A DNA stretch of 62,821 nucleotides from Pseudopedobacter saltans (GCA_003241175.1 QFOI01000001.1:1-62821), one strand, 5' to 3'. Positions 40,522-51,102 are shown, counted from the first letter of the stretch. The notes: generated from the sequence alone by a model not told the origin. Translations and numbers: made by a program.

Positions 40522-40628
40522 TTTTTAACACATTTTCAATTAAAAGCTATAGCTTTACAAAAGCTTTTTATCCACATTTAGTGTATAATTCAATTCCATT
40601 TGATAATATTAACGTAACACGAGATGCT

Positions 40629-40865
40629 ATGCAGACGAATTTGATAAACCTGGGAAGTCGTATAACAAAACATAGAGAGCAACTACAATTTACCCAAAAA
40701 GAGTTAGCTGAATTTGCAAGTCTAAGTGTTAAGACCATTAGAGCGATTGAAAATGGTAAGGAAGGAGTTGCTATCTATAATTGGATGTTGGTTGCGGATA
40801 TTTTGGGATTAGAGCTTGTATTAAATTCTAAGAAAATGAACGATGAGACAAGGAAAAGTATTTAA
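40629..40865 (+). CDS. XRE-family HTH regulator (HipB-like)
   Basis: TQKELAEFASLSVKTIRAIENGK. Confidence 0.9.
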   Translation: MQTNLINLGSRITKHREQLQFTQKELAEFASLSVKTIRAIENGKEGVAIYNWMLVADILGLELVLNSKKMNDETRKSI

Positions 40866-41172
40866 TAACAATATTTTTGTGGGACTTATCTCAAAGTTAG
40901 ATAATGGATCTTATCATTTCGAATACGATCCTATTTATTTGTCCGATACAAGTATGCCTGCCATTAGTCTAACATTGCCTAAGTCTAAAAGAGTATTTAA
41001 CTCGCCTATATTGTTTCCTTTTTTCTTCAATATGCTGAGTGAAGGCCGTAATAAGCGGCTACAAAGTTTTGTATTAAAAATCGACGAGAATGATCATTTC
41101 GAATTTTTGTTGAAGACTGCTGCAACGGAAACAATAGGCGCCATAAGAGTGGAGGAAATACAAAACAGTTAA
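40843..41172 (+). CDS. HipA N-terminal domain protein (HipS-like)
   Basis: FEYD, AISLTLP, LFPFFFNMLSEG, TIGAI. Confidence 0.9.
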   Translation: MRQGKVFNNNIFVGLISKLDNGSYHFEYDPIYLSDTSMPAISLTLPKSKRVFNSPILFPFFFNMLSEGRNKRLQSFVLKIDENDHFEFLLKTAATETIGAIRVEEIQNS

Positions 41173-41176
41173 AGTA

Positions 41177-42190
41177 ATGAAAGAAATTCTAGTTTGTCCC
41201 AGTACATTGCAATCTGGGCATCACACATATTGTACAACGGCATTGCATCATCTATTTCAGAGGAAAAAAGTATCACATATACTTCCTTTCTCTCGAACGA
41301 ATGGCTCAGGCGAGAATAAAAATTCGGCTTTTAATGATCGTAGCAAAATATCTATTTCTGGTGTACAGGAAAAATATTCCTTACGTTTAGAAAAGAATAT
41401 ATTAGCTATGACACATGAACATGGGGAATATATACTCAAGCCAATCCCAGCAGATTTAAATAATGTGGCATTTGTGCCAGCAAACGAGCATTTGACAATG
41501 CAGATTGCCGCACAAGTATTCGGAATCGAAACTGCTAAAAATGCAATGATTTTCTATCCAGATGGAGAGCCGGCGTACATAACTAAGCGATTTGATGTAA
41601 TGCCAAATGGTAAGCGTTGCCTAAAAGAGGATTTTGCGAGTCTTATGCAAAAAAGTAGTGAGATGGGCAATAAAAATTTTAAATATGACGGCAGTTACCT
41701 CCAAATGGCAGAGACGATTGATAGGCTATTACCAGCTACGATGATAGTGAAAGAGCGCCTGTATAGACTCATTGTGTTCAATTATTTATTTGGTAATGGA
41801 GATGCACATTTGAAAAACTATTCTGTAGTTGACTATAACCAAGACGGTTTGTATCAATTAGCTCCAGCCTATGATCTGGTTTGTACAAGATTGCATATTG
41901 ATGACGGGGATTTCGCGCTTGAGGATAGACTGTACGATGGTGATTACAACCATCCGAGTTTTGCTCACTTTGGTTATCACGCTTACGATGATTTTTATGA
42001 TTTTGGAATCAAAATAGGTCTATTGCCCAAACGGATTTCAAAGATATTGGACAATTTTTTGGTACATGATTCTACTGTTGAGGATCTGGTACGGCGAAGT
42101 TTTTTGTCAGAAGAATTGAAAGAGCAATACATGCTTGTGTATGGCGACAAGAGAAAAAGGTTGCAGCAGTCCCTACGCCATCTAATCTAG
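41177..42190 (+). CDS. HipA-family kinase toxin (HipT-like)
   Basis: SISGVQEK, YILKP, NEHLTM, KRFD, EDF, NGDAHLKN, LAPAYD. Confidence 0.93.
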   Translation: MKEILVCPSTLQSGHHTYCTTALHHLFQRKKVSHILPFSRTNGSGENKNSAFNDRSKISISGVQEKYSLRLEKNILAMTHEHGEYILKPIPADLNNVAFVPANEHLTMQIAAQVFGIETAKNAMIFYPDGEPAYITKRFDVMPNGKRCLKEDFASLMQKSSEMGNKNFKYDGSYLQMAETIDRLLPATMIVKERLYRLIVFNYLFGNGDAHLKNYSVVDYNQDGLYQLAPAYDLVCTRLHIDDGDFALEDRLYDGDYNHPSFAHFGYHAYDDFYDFGIKIGLLPKRISKILDNFLVHDSTVEDLVRRSFLSEELKEQYMLVYGDKRKRLQQSLRHLI

Positions 42191-42243
42191 TAAAAGAATT
42201 AGGCTAATCTTCTTTCCATTATTTTTGCCTGAAACAGTATTGG

Positions 42244-43314
42244 ATGATCGCACTTCGCAAATTGGATTTGTTTCAGTTCCGCAACTATGAGCAGGGTTCT
42301 TTTTCTTTTAGAGAAAAAGTGGTTGGCATAAGTGGCAGAAACGGAAGCGGGAAAACCAACTTATTGGACGCGATCTACTACCTCTGCTTCACCAAATCTT
42401 ACTTTCCACGCACGGATGCCCAATCCGTCATGAAAGACCATATTGGTTTTCGTATTGCGGGTGCGTTTTTTGAAAAAGGAGAAAACCTCGATGTCGCCTG
42501 CATCCTACGCGAAACGGGTAAAAAAGAATTTCAGGTAGATCAGGAGCTTGTCAAACGTTTTTCCAAACATATTGGAAGGATTCCCTGTGTGATGATTGCT
42601 CCGGACGATGTAGAGATCATACAAGGATCTTCGGAACAAAGACGTAAGCTTATCGATTCCATTATTTCGCAGATGGATCCGGTTTATTTGCAGGACTTGA
42701 TTGACTACAACAAGATATTGCAACAGCGAAACAGTCTGCTCAAGTCCGATCAAGTCGATTTTGGCCTTTTGGATATATTGGATATGCAATTGGCCGGGAA
42801 GGGAAACGCCATTTTCGAAAAGAGAAAAAATTTTTCCTATCAATACTTACCTTTGATATTGGACCAATACACAATGATTGCCCAACAGACTGACAATATC
42901 CAAATACAGTATGCTTCCAAGTTGGAAGCGGATTCTTTTGCTGATCTTTTAGCAAAAGCTAGACAGAAAGACCTTGTATTGCAACGTACAACGGTCGGCA
43001 TTCATAGAGATGACTTAAATATTTGGATGGAAGGTGCAGCATTTAAAAACGTTGCCTCTCAAGGCCAACGCAAAAGCTTACTATTTGCCATAAAACTGGC
43101 AGAATTTACTATTTTGAAAAATGCAAAAGGTGTGGCACCAATACTTTTGTTGGATGACGTTTTTGAAAAGCTAGATGGAGATAGGATGTCTTTTTTGCTA
43201 CAGACGGTTTGTAATTATGAAGACTGCATGCTCTTTATTTCGGATACACATGGAGAAAGGCTAAGGGATGCATTTGAAAATTTGGATATTAAATACCAGT
43301 TAATAGCTCTTTGA
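42244..43314 (+). CDS. recF: DNA replication/repair protein RecF
   Basis: QFRNY, GRNGSGKTN, GIHRDD, SQGQRK, LLLDD. Confidence 0.95.
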   Translation: MIALRKLDLFQFRNYEQGSFSFREKVVGISGRNGSGKTNLLDAIYYLCFTKSYFPRTDAQSVMKDHIGFRIAGAFFEKGENLDVACILRETGKKEFQVDQELVKRFSKHIGRIPCVMIAPDDVEIIQGSSEQRRKLIDSIISQMDPVYLQDLIDYNKILQQRNSLLKSDQVDFGLLDILDMQLAGKGNAIFEKRKNFSYQYLPLILDQYTMIAQQTDNIQIQYASKLEADSFADLLAKARQKDLVLQRTTVGIHRDDLNIWMEGAAFKNVASQGQRKSLLFAIKLAEFTILKNAKGVAPILLLDDVFEKLDGDRMSFLLQTVCNYEDCMLFISDTHGERLRDAFENLDIKYQLIAL

Positions 43315-43511
43315 GCCATTCGCTGTCAACCACTTAGGGCACAGATGTCCATTTTTTTGGAAAATCGTCAAAAAACATATTATTTTTTTGACAATTTTTA
43401 AACAAAAAAACCTTGTTTTTCCAATAGCAAAAGTTTACCTTAGTTTAAGAATCGGCCAGAGCAGATTGATGGATTTGCTCTGGTTATTTTTCACCAATAA
43501 ATTATGTATTT

Positions 43512-43811
43512 ATGAACGTGAGCATTCAGACTGTACGTTTCGACGCAGATTCTAGATTGACAGATTATGTCAACAAAAAATTGGAAAAATTGAATACGTT
43601 TCATGACCAGATTGTGAAAGTGGAGGTTTTTTTGAAGTTGGACAATGTGGTGCATACCATCAAAGACAAAATAGCTGAAATTAGTGTGCGTGTGCCAAAG
43701 CATAATTTTTTCGTAAAAGCTAGTTCCAAATCTTTTGAAGAATCCTTTGATTCTGCAATGGATTCAGTGATAAATCAGATTAAGAGAAAAAAAGAGCGAC
43801 AAGCTGCCTAA
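43512..43811 (+). CDS. hpf: Ribosome hibernation promoting factor / RaiA
   Basis: 99 aa, YVNKKLEKL, KIAEISVRVP, SFEESFD; position just before the tRNA-tuf cluster. Confidence 0.88.
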   Translation: MNVSIQTVRFDADSRLTDYVNKKLEKLNTFHDQIVKVEVFLKLDNVVHTIKDKIAEISVRVPKHNFFVKASSKSFEESFDSAMDSVINQIKRKKERQAA

Positions 43812-43838
43812 TATATTTTAAGAATAGATACTTTTGAC

Positions 43839-43865
43839 GCCCGGAATCATGTTCCGGGCTTTTTT
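43839..43865 (+). terminator. Intrinsic terminator after hpf
   Basis: GCCCGGAA-TCATG-TTCCGGGC-TTTTTT. Confidence 0.85.
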
Positions 43866-44144
43866 ATGATAACAAGTACAAAGTATAGCACAAGTCTTCT
43901 GATCCTTTTTCTAGCATTGGTCCTATCGTCTTGTAATCACGATTACAAAACGACACAAGCTCGTATTGTGGAAAGAAGGGATGTCGGAAACGGCAAGATA
44001 AGGCTGAGTTACATATTTAAAACGGAAAGAACAACTATAGCCGGCGTTAAGGTCGTGGACGCATCCATGATAGTGCCTCTAGATAGTTGTGCGGTAGAGT
44101 ACAAGGTGTCAAATCCTTTGGACAATAACTTAAAATTGCCGTAG
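43866..44144 (+). CDS. Small hypothetical lipoprotein
   Basis: Hydrophobic signal with lipobox LSSC. Confidence 0.6.
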   Translation: MITSTKYSTSLLILFLALVLSSCNHDYKTTQARIVERRDVGNGKIRLSYIFKTERTTIAGVKVVDASMIVPLDSCAVEYKVSNPLDNNLKLP

Positions 44145-44187
44145 CCAAGTTTTTCGAAATATTTTTTTCAAAAAAGTGCTTAAAAAT

Positions 44188-44217
44188 TTTGCTATTCTAT
44201 TTTATCTATTACCTTTG
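44188..44217 (+). promoter_or_regulatory. Housekeeping promoter of the tRNA-tuf operon
   Basis: -33 TTTG (44188-44191) and -7 TACCTTTG (44210-44217). Confidence 0.75.
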
Positions 44218-44271
44218 CAATCCCAATTCCACAACGGGGTGATACTCAGAGTGGAGAGTTCTTTAAATTAA

Positions 44272-44344
<73 letters not shown>

Positions 44345-44372
44345 CTGTAGAGATTAGTTTAATCTTTGCGAT

Positions 44373-44455
44373 GGGCAGGTTCCAGAGCGGCCAAATGGGG
44401 CGGACTGTAAATCCGCTGTCTTTCGACTTCAGTGGTTCGAATCCACTCCTGCCCA
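44373..44455 (+). tRNA. tRNA-Tyr(GTA)
   Basis: GGGCAGG/CCTGCCC acceptor stem, CTGTAAA loop, long variable arm. Confidence 0.96.
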
Positions 44456-44520
44456 CGGAATCAGGTTGGCGATTTGGAAACATGGTTTAACTGTTGTTTC
44501 TGGATTTCAAAATGAAACAT

Positions 44521-44593
44521 GCGGAAGTAGCTCAACTGGTAGAGCGATAGCCTTCCAAGCTATAGGTTGCGGGTTCGATCCTCGTCTTCCGCT
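44521..44593 (+). tRNA. tRNA-Gly(TCC)
   Basis: GCGGAAG/CTTCCGC acceptor stem, CTTCCAA loop. Confidence 0.96.
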
Positions 44594-44648
44594 CATTGTA
44601 AATAGCATGTGTCAGTTTTGATTGATAAGATTCTCACAATGCGACTCT

Positions 44649-44720
<72 letters not shown>

Positions 44721-44849
44721 CTGATAAAAAAACTAAGACTTATAGCTGAAAAGCTTAAGTCTTAAACAACTTTAAAATTTTTTTAAGGTCTGTGGTCGGT
44801 GGGACTGTGGACCATTAATTGTTAAAAACCACAACAAAAACCGATAAAA

Positions 44850-46037
44850 ATGGCAAAAGAGACCTTTAAGAGGGATAAACCCCATGTAAACATTGGTACT
44901 ATTGGTCACGTTGACCATGGTAAAACAACTCTTACCGCAGCTATCACAAGTATCCTTTCTCAAAAAGGACTTGCTCAAGCGCGTAAGTATGATGATATTG
45001 ATGGTGCACCAGAAGAAAAAGAACGTGGTATCACTATCAATACTGCACACGTAGAATACGAAACGGCTAATCGCCACTATGCGCACGTTGACTGTCCAGG
45101 TCACGCTGACTATGTTAAAAACATGATCACTGGTGCTGCACAGATGGATGGTGCTATCCTTGTAGTTGCGTCTACAGATGGTCCAATGCCTCAAACTCGC
45201 GAACACATCCTTTTGGCAAAACAGGTAGGTGTACCTCGTATTGTCGTTTTCATGAATAAAGTTGACTTGGTTGACGATCCTGAATTGTTAGACCTAGTTG
45301 AAATGGAAATACGTGAATTGTTGACTTCTTACGGTTTTGATGGTGACAACACACCAATCATCCGTGGTTCTGCATCTGGCGCTTTGGCTGGTGAAGAAAA
45401 ATGGGTTGGCGCTATCGACGAATTGATGGCTGCAGTTGACGAATACATTCCGTTACCTCCAAGAGCTATTGACTTACCATTCTTGATGCCAGTTGAAGAT
45501 ATCTTCACTATCACTGGACGTGGTACAGTAGCAACAGGTCGTATCGAACGTGGTATCATCAAAGTTGGTGAACCAGTTGAAATCGTTGGATTGATCGAAA
45601 AACCATTGCAATCAACTTGTACTGGTGTTGAAATGTTCAAAAAATTGTTGGATGAAGGTGAAGCTGGTGACAACGCTGGTATCCTATTGCGTGGTATTGA
45701 AAAGAAAGATATCAAACGTGGTATGGTTATCTGTAAACCAAAATCAATCACTCCACACACTGAGTTCAAATGCGAAGTTTACGTATTGAGCAAAGAAGAA
45801 GGTGGACGTCACACTCCATTCTTTAACAAATACCGTCCTCAGTTCTATTTCCGTACTACTGACGTAACTGGTGAAGTTATCCTTCCAGAAGGTACTGAAA
45901 TGGTTATGCCTGGTGATAATGTTACATTGACTGTTAAGTTGATCACTAACATCGCTATGGAAAAAGGTCTTAAATTCGCGATTCGTGAAGGTGGACGTAC
46001 TGTAGGTGCTGGTCAGGTTACTGAAATCATCAAATAG
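44850..46037 (+). CDS. tuf: Elongation factor Tu
   Basis: [27 protein letters not shown]. Confidence 0.99.
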   Translation: MAKETFKRDKPHVNIGTIGHVDHGKTTLTAAITSILSQKGLAQARKYDDIDGAPEEKERGITINTAHVEYETANRHYAHVDCPGHADYVKNMITGAAQMDGAILVVASTDGPMPQTREHILLAKQVGVPRIVVFMNKVDLVDDPELLDLVEMEIRELLTSYGFDGDNTPIIRGSASGALAGEEKWVGAIDELMAAVDEYIPLPPRAIDLPFLMPVEDIFTITGRGTVATGRIERGIIKVGEPVEIVGLIEKPLQSTCTGVEMFKKLLDEGEAGDNAGILLRGIEKKDIKRGMVICKPKSITPHTEFKCEVYVLSKEEGGRHTPFFNKYRPQFYFRTTDVTGEVILPEGTEMVMPGDNVTLTVKLITNIAMEKGLKFAIREGGRTVGAGQVTEIIK

Positions 46038-46107
46038 TTTAATAATTATTTGAAAAAATATAAACCATTAGCTTAGTTGCTAATACCAATTGGCTAATGG
46101 TTTTTTT

Positions 46108-46178
46108 ACGGGAATAGTTCAATGGTAGAATAGAGGTCTCCAAAACCTTTGATCAGGGTTCGAATCCTTGTTCCCGTG
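46108..46178 (+). tRNA. tRNA-Trp(CCA)
   Basis: ACGGGAA/TTCCCGT acceptor stem, CTCCAAA loop; canonical position between tuf and secE. Confidence 0.95.
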
Positions 46179-46264
46179 CTAATGATATCAGCGTCCGTTT
46201 GGGTAGCTGATATTTTTTACTTATACTTGCATACTATTTTTTAAAAGTATCGCTTAATTTTTTT

Positions 46265-46462
46265 ATGAATAAGATTTCGACTTATTTCAAAGAATCATAC
46301 GAAGAATTGCTCAATAGAGTGACTTGGCCAACTTGGTCAGAGTTGCAACAATCTACTGCGATTGTATTGGCAGCCACAGTATTGATTACTGCGATCGTAT
46401 GGTTAATGGATTTCGCTAGTGGTTGGGTTTTGAAATTCATTTATTCATTTTTTAACAAGTAA
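46265..46462 (+). CDS. secE: Preprotein translocase subunit SecE
   Basis: ELLNRVTWPT followed by a TM helix. Confidence 0.95.
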   Translation: MNKISTYFKESYEELLNRVTWPTWSELQQSTAIVLAATVLITAIVWLMDFASGWVLKFIYSFFNK

Positions 46463-46470
46463 TATTTCCT

Positions 46471-47085
46471 ATGATAGACGAGGATATACATAACGAAAAC
46501 ATAGACACTCAAGTAGATGATACCAAAGAAGCTACAAGATGGTATGTTTTACGTGTTGTCAGTGGAAAAGAGAGAAAAGTAAAGGAATATCTGGATAAGG
46601 ATGTTACTAGAAATGGTTGGAACACGATCATCAAGCAGTTGTTTCTTCCAATGGAGAAAATCTACAAAGTGCAAAATGGTAAAAAAGTCATGCGCGAAAA
46701 GAATTTCTACCCTGGTTATATCATGATGGAGGTTTCCGAAGGCAAACTTTCTGATACAATTGTTCAGCATATCAGCAATACGACTAACGTCATGCACTTC
46801 TTGACGGATGGTAAGGGAAGCAAAGGAAATATTGTTTCACTTAGAAGGAGTGAAGTAAATAAGATGTTGGGTAATGTGGATGATCTGAACGAACAAGGTG
46901 TTACCATGAGTGAACCATTCATTGTTGGTGAAACGATTAAGATCATCGAAGGACCATTCAACGACTTTAATGGTGTTATCGAAGAAGTTAACGATGAAAA
47001 GAAAAAATTGAAAGTTACTGTGAAGATATTTGGTCGATCAACTCCTGTAGAATTGAACTATGTCCAAGTAGAAAAGATTATCTAA
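46471..47085 (+). CDS. nusG: Transcription termination/antitermination factor NusG
   Basis: WYVLRVVSGKE, YPGY, KOW IEGPFNDF, IFGRSTPVEL. Confidence 0.97.
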   Translation: MIDEDIHNENIDTQVDDTKEATRWYVLRVVSGKERKVKEYLDKDVTRNGWNTIIKQLFLPMEKIYKVQNGKKVMREKNFYPGYIMMEVSEGKLSDTIVQHISNTTNVMHFLTDGKGSKGNIVSLRRSEVNKMLGNVDDLNEQGVTMSEPFIVGETIKIIEGPFNDFNGVIEEVNDEKKKLKVTVKIFGRSTPVELNYVQVEKII

Positions 47086-47103
47086 TTTTTTTCAAAATAT
47101 TAG

Positions 47104-47135
47104 AAAGCCTCGAAACAATCGTTTCGAGGCTTTTT
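47104..47135. terminator. Bidirectional terminator after nusG
   Basis: AAAGCCTCGAAAC-AATC-GTTTCGAGGCTTTTT. Confidence 0.88.
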
Positions 47136-47157
47136 CGTATGTGAGATTTTTGTTAGC

Positions 47158-49365
47158 CTATTTATTTAAAATATTGATTGCCTTTTCCAAGACTTCGTCC
47201 TGTCCAGCAGCTACACCTTTTACTGTTGGTTTAACTATCACGTCTGGTACAATGCCAATTCTTTGTGTTGGCGCTCCATTAGGGTAGAATATTCCAAGAC
47301 CACTAAATCTCGTTTTTACGCCACTTGGAAATACGATTTCTGATACATTACCATCCGCACCAGCAGAATTCGAGCCAATAACAAAACTTTTAGGATAGGT
47401 GCGATAAGCCATAGTATGATATTCAGCAGAACTTTGGGTTTTTTCGTTAATAATCAAAGCAATTTTCCCCTTGTATAAATTATATTGACCGACTCCAGTT
47501 TGATATGGTTCTGTAAAATAAAAGCTTCCTGGTGCATCATATCTTGGGACAAGATGTTTTAAAAATGGTTGAGGGTAAGGCAATAAATACCTAGGAAGCT
47601 CATACATTAAATCATCAAGGATATGGTTTCTAAAATCTATCACAATTCCTTTGGCGTTTTTGAACTGTTCAAAGAGGGTAGGAAGTTCATCCTTTCTTAA
47701 TTTACCATGATTAACATATCCAATTTCATTTGTTATCCATTTATAGGATTTATTTGAAATATTTGTTTTATCCTCTTTTGGAATTCCTATATTAGGGTAG
47801 CTGTTGACAGATTTTGTAAGGCTATTATTGTTTCTGATAATTTTAACCACAAGGATACTATCATTTGTTCGAACGATTTTCGTAGCAATATCTCTTAACA
47901 AAGTCCAAGGATTGGATGCCGGTGTATAAGGCCTCCATTTTTTAATAATGGCACTGACCGATTGCCCATTAATTTCCGTAATAATATCGCCTTTCTTCCA
48001 ACCATCTTTTTCTGCCAAATTTTGATTAGAAAAATCAAATACAACAGGTTTCCCCTCAATAAATTCAAGATTTATTGGCAAGTATCTAGCTCCTTCATAA
48101 TTATAAAGCGTAGACGTGTGGTCGTTGACGAATCCGTGGGAATCATGGATCTCACCAGACAATTCGACTAAAAGCAGTTTGTATTCCAATTCATTCTTGG
48201 CATTGATAAATTTGGTTACGTACTTTTTCAAAACCATTTTCCAATCTTGACCAATGATATCTTTATAGGGAAAAAAATATTGAACCATATTCCAATAGCG
48301 ATAAAGGGCTAATAGTCGAAAGCCAGCGTCTGGATAAGCCATGTAATCATATGCTCGTTCATTTGTAAACAATGCATTATTTGTTTCAGATTCCTTTACA
48401 TAATAATTGAAACTAGGAACCCTGTTGCTATTTTTGATGCTCAACAATTGCTTTTGTAATTTCTCCGAAAAATTGGAATGGACAATCCAATCCAAATCTG
48501 TTTTGATTATACTTGTATCTTTTGAAATCGTCGGAGAATTAACATCATTTAATTGTCCCAATGTATCTATGTAATTGTATAAGATAGCATCCTTCTCTGC
48601 TAATGAAGCTTCGAGGACTCGTGGTAATATTCTAAAAAGCTCACCATCCCAATTATATTTTCCACTTGCAATGCTTGGATGATAGTATTTCAAAAATCCC
48701 CATATCAACCCCATTTGGTACAACCTGTTAATTGTATTTGTATCGGTTTTTATTGTCTTGATTGGGGAGCCTATATCAAATTGCATATCATTGTCAGCAG
48801 GAAGGTTCTCTATTATTTCAATTTCGGAAATATCCTTTCCATCAACGGTTATCTTAAGGTTATCAATCCACATCTTACCTTTTCCCAGAAGAATTCCACC
48901 AAAAGCGATTCCCTTCATTTTATTAGAATCCAATGGAAGGGTAATCTTATATTTCGTCCAATCTGTGGTTCCTTTTAAGCCCTGACTGTACATATTATTG
49001 AAAGCAATATTAGGAGTCTCCGCCATCCATAGACCAGCGAAACCCTCTCGCACATTTTCGGTTTTGATATAACCAGAAAGGGTAATGCTATCTCCCTTAA
49101 TCCGCCCAGCCAATGGTTGAAAGACAAGGCCTCCCGAAGGCGTATCTTCCATTAGTGATATGCGCATAGAATAATGACCACTTTTAACAACTTCTGAATC
49201 TAAACTAAGCATTCTTCGATTCGCAAAATGCCAACCAATTGCCGAGTCTTTGATGGTTCTCTCAAAACTTAGATTGTAAATGTCTTTATTCTTAGGTTTA
49301 CAGTTGAAGAGTAAACAAAACAGACTCAAAAGAATAAAGTTTTGGCGTTTATTTCCACAAATCAT
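47158..49365 (-). CDS. S41 family peptidase, probable lipoprotein
   Basis: IWGFLKYYHP, YWNMVQYFFPY, DSH, PDZ-like GDIITEING, IDFRN, TQSSAE, AGADGN, QRIGIVPD. Confidence 0.9.
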   Translation of the reverse strand: MICGNKRQNFILLSLFCLLFNCKPKNKDIYNLSFERTIKDSAIGWHFANRRMLSLDSEVVKSGHYSMRISLMEDTPSGGLVFQPLAGRIKGDSITLSGYIKTENVREGFAGLWMAETPNIAFNNMYSQGLKGTTDWTKYKITLPLDSNKMKGIAFGGILLGKGKMWIDNLKITVDGKDISEIEIIENLPADNDMQFDIGSPIKTIKTDTNTINRLYQMGLIWGFLKYYHPSIASGKYNWDGELFRILPRVLEASLAEKDAILYNYIDTLGQLNDVNSPTISKDTSIIKTDLDWIVHSNFSEKLQKQLLSIKNSNRVPSFNYYVKESETNNALFTNERAYDYMAYPDAGFRLLALYRYWNMVQYFFPYKDIIGQDWKMVLKKYVTKFINAKNELEYKLLLVELSGEIHDSHGFVNDHTSTLYNYEGARYLPINLEFIEGKPVVFDFSNQNLAEKDGWKKGDIITEINGQSVSAIIKKWRPYTPASNPWTLLRDIATKIVRTNDSILVVKIIRNNNSLTKSVNSYPNIGIPKEDKTNISNKSYKWITNEIGYVNHGKLRKDELPTLFEQFKNAKGIVIDFRNHILDDLMYELPRYLLPYPQPFLKHLVPRYDAPGSFYFTEPYQTGVGQYNLYKGKIALIINEKTQSSAEYHTMAYRTYPKSFVIGSNSAGADGNVSEIVFPSGVKTRFSGLGIFYPNGAPTQRIGIVPDVIVKPTVKGVAAGQDEVLEKAINILNK

Positions 49366-49391
49366 AGATTGGATTTTGTCCTAAATTTATT

Positions 49392-49428
49392 AAAAAAGCC
49401 GTGACCAAACTATTTGATCACGGCTTTT
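49392..49428 (-). terminator. Terminator after pyrH
   Basis: AAAAGCCGTGA...TCACGGCTTTT. Confidence 0.8.
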
Positions 49429-49449
49429 GAGTTAGAATATTTTTATTCT

Positions 49450-50163
49450 TTAAGAAACGACTGTTCCTACATCCAAACCTTCGATTACTCTTTGAAGATT
49501 ACCAGGTTTGTTCATATCAAATACGATGATAGGAAGATTGTTTTCCATACAAAGTGTAAACGCAGTCATGTCCATCACTTTCAAGTTTTTAGATATACAT
49601 TCTTGATAAGAAATGGAGTCGTATTTAGTTGCTGATGGATCTTTTTCAGGATCGGCGGTATAGATTCCGTCTACTCTTGTTCCCTTCAATATGATGTCGG
49701 CTTTGATCTCTACGGCTCTTAGCGAACCTGCTGTGTCTGTTGTGAAATAAGGATTACCTGTTCCCGCTGCGAAAATAACGACACGTCCTTTCTCCAAGTG
49801 ACGAATGGCACGGCGACGGATATAAGGTTCTGCTACTTGTTCCATCTGGATGGCACTTTGTAGACGTGTGTAAACACCGATTTTTTCCAACATGGCTTGC
49901 ATGGCCATTCCGTTAATCATGGTCGCTAACATCCCCATATAGTCTCCATGTGCACGTTCAATACCACTATCGGCTTCATTCATACCTCGGTAGATATTAC
50001 CGCCACCAACAACTACTGCCACTTGAACACCCAATTCGGTGATACTTTTGATATCTCTAGCGTATTGTTCGATAATCTTTGGATCAAATGGATCTCCAGA
50101 ACCTTTGGCTTGTAAGGATTCGCCGGAAAGTTTCAGAAGGACTCTTTTGTACTTTGGTAGCAT
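49450..50163 (-). CDS. pyrH: Uridylate kinase
   Basis: [31 protein letters not shown]; start MLPKYKR. Confidence 0.97.
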   Translation of the reverse strand: MLPKYKRVLLKLSGESLQAKGSGDPFDPKIIEQYARDIKSITELGVQVAVVVGGGNIYRGMNEADSGIERAHGDYMGMLATMINGMAMQAMLEKIGVYTRLQSAIQMEQVAEPYIRRRAIRHLEKGRVVIFAAGTGNPYFTTDTAGSLRAVEIKADIILKGTRVDGIYTADPEKDPSATKYDSISYQECISKNLKVMDMTAFTLCMENNLPIIVFDMNKPGNLQRVIEGLDVGTVVS

Positions 50164-50228
50164 GATATTGCGAAGTTTATGCAAATAACCTTATTTTTTT
50201 CCAAAAAGACAAACAGAAAGCATAGCTT

Positions 50229-50969
50229 TTAGAAATTGATATAGGTATTCAAAATTATCCCGTTGTTATATTGGAAAACGTTTTGCTTGTCGATTTGTCG
50301 GCCAAATTGTACTGTTTGGTTGAGATAACCACCTTCCAAACGGAATTTTGGACTAAACGTGTAGCCTGCCATCAGACCTACACGGTTTTGATCAAAAACA
50401 TTTTGCCCAACATTGCTACCAAAGCCCAGCATGATCTCGTCGTAGGCTGCCACATACAATCCTTTTTTGCCAATAGGCAAATCAAATCGTGGCATTAAGC
50501 GAAAACGGTTTAAATAGTTCCATCTGGCAGGTTTGTCGTCGTCGATTGTATTGTAAACGGCCAACCATCTTTGTTCCAAACGGAAACGAGTGCTGTATTT
50601 CAGTTTGCCAAAACTGGTATTGAGCACAATCTGTTCGTACATACGATGTTCATCAAAGGTCTTATTGACGGAAGAGAGAAAATATTCGCCATAGTCAAAT
50701 GTTCTAGCCCAAGCGTAGCCGACCTGTGCAGAAACGTCCTTGTTGATTTTGTAAGTCGCACCGACACGCAAAAGACTTTGTTGCCAATTTTGCACAACAT
50801 GTGTACGACGCCATTGGTATTCGAAATGGCCACTCCATTTATCCGAAAACTTTGGTGTTATAGTCGTTGTATACCACCCTATTGTGTTGTGGTCAGAGAT
50901 ACGTTGCCCCATGACGAATGGGTGCTGAAACAGGAAAAATAAGATTGCTAGCGTAAAGACTCTTTTCAT
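50229..50969 (-). CDS. DUF2490-like outer membrane beta-barrel protein
   Basis: Signal peptide, EHRMYEQ, RFRLEQRW, FDQNR, terminal YINF. Confidence 0.8.
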   Translation of the reverse strand: MKRVFTLAILFFLFQHPFVMGQRISDHNTIGWYTTTITPKFSDKWSGHFEYQWRRTHVVQNWQQSLLRVGATYKINKDVSAQVGYAWARTFDYGEYFLSSVNKTFDEHRMYEQIVLNTSFGKLKYSTRFRLEQRWLAVYNTIDDDKPARWNYLNRFRLMPRFDLPIGKKGLYVAAYDEIMLGFGSNVGQNVFDQNRVGLMAGYTFSPKFRLEGGYLNQTVQFGRQIDKQNVFQYNNGIILNTYINF

Positions 50970-51102
50970 TAATGCGGTTGGTTAAATATTGGTTTGGTGC
51001 AAAGTACTTCAGGTATTTTATTAAACGTGAATACCGTTCATCAATTTTGTAAACTTTTTATAAAAAGGTGCGTCTTACATTTGTAATCAAAAATTTTTTT
51101 AA

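Noticed and set aside
40381..40526. 61-bp periodic palindromes as a CRISPR mini-array
   Set aside because: Repeats are degenerate, the spacers resemble each other, and no cas genes are present; an operator array fits better
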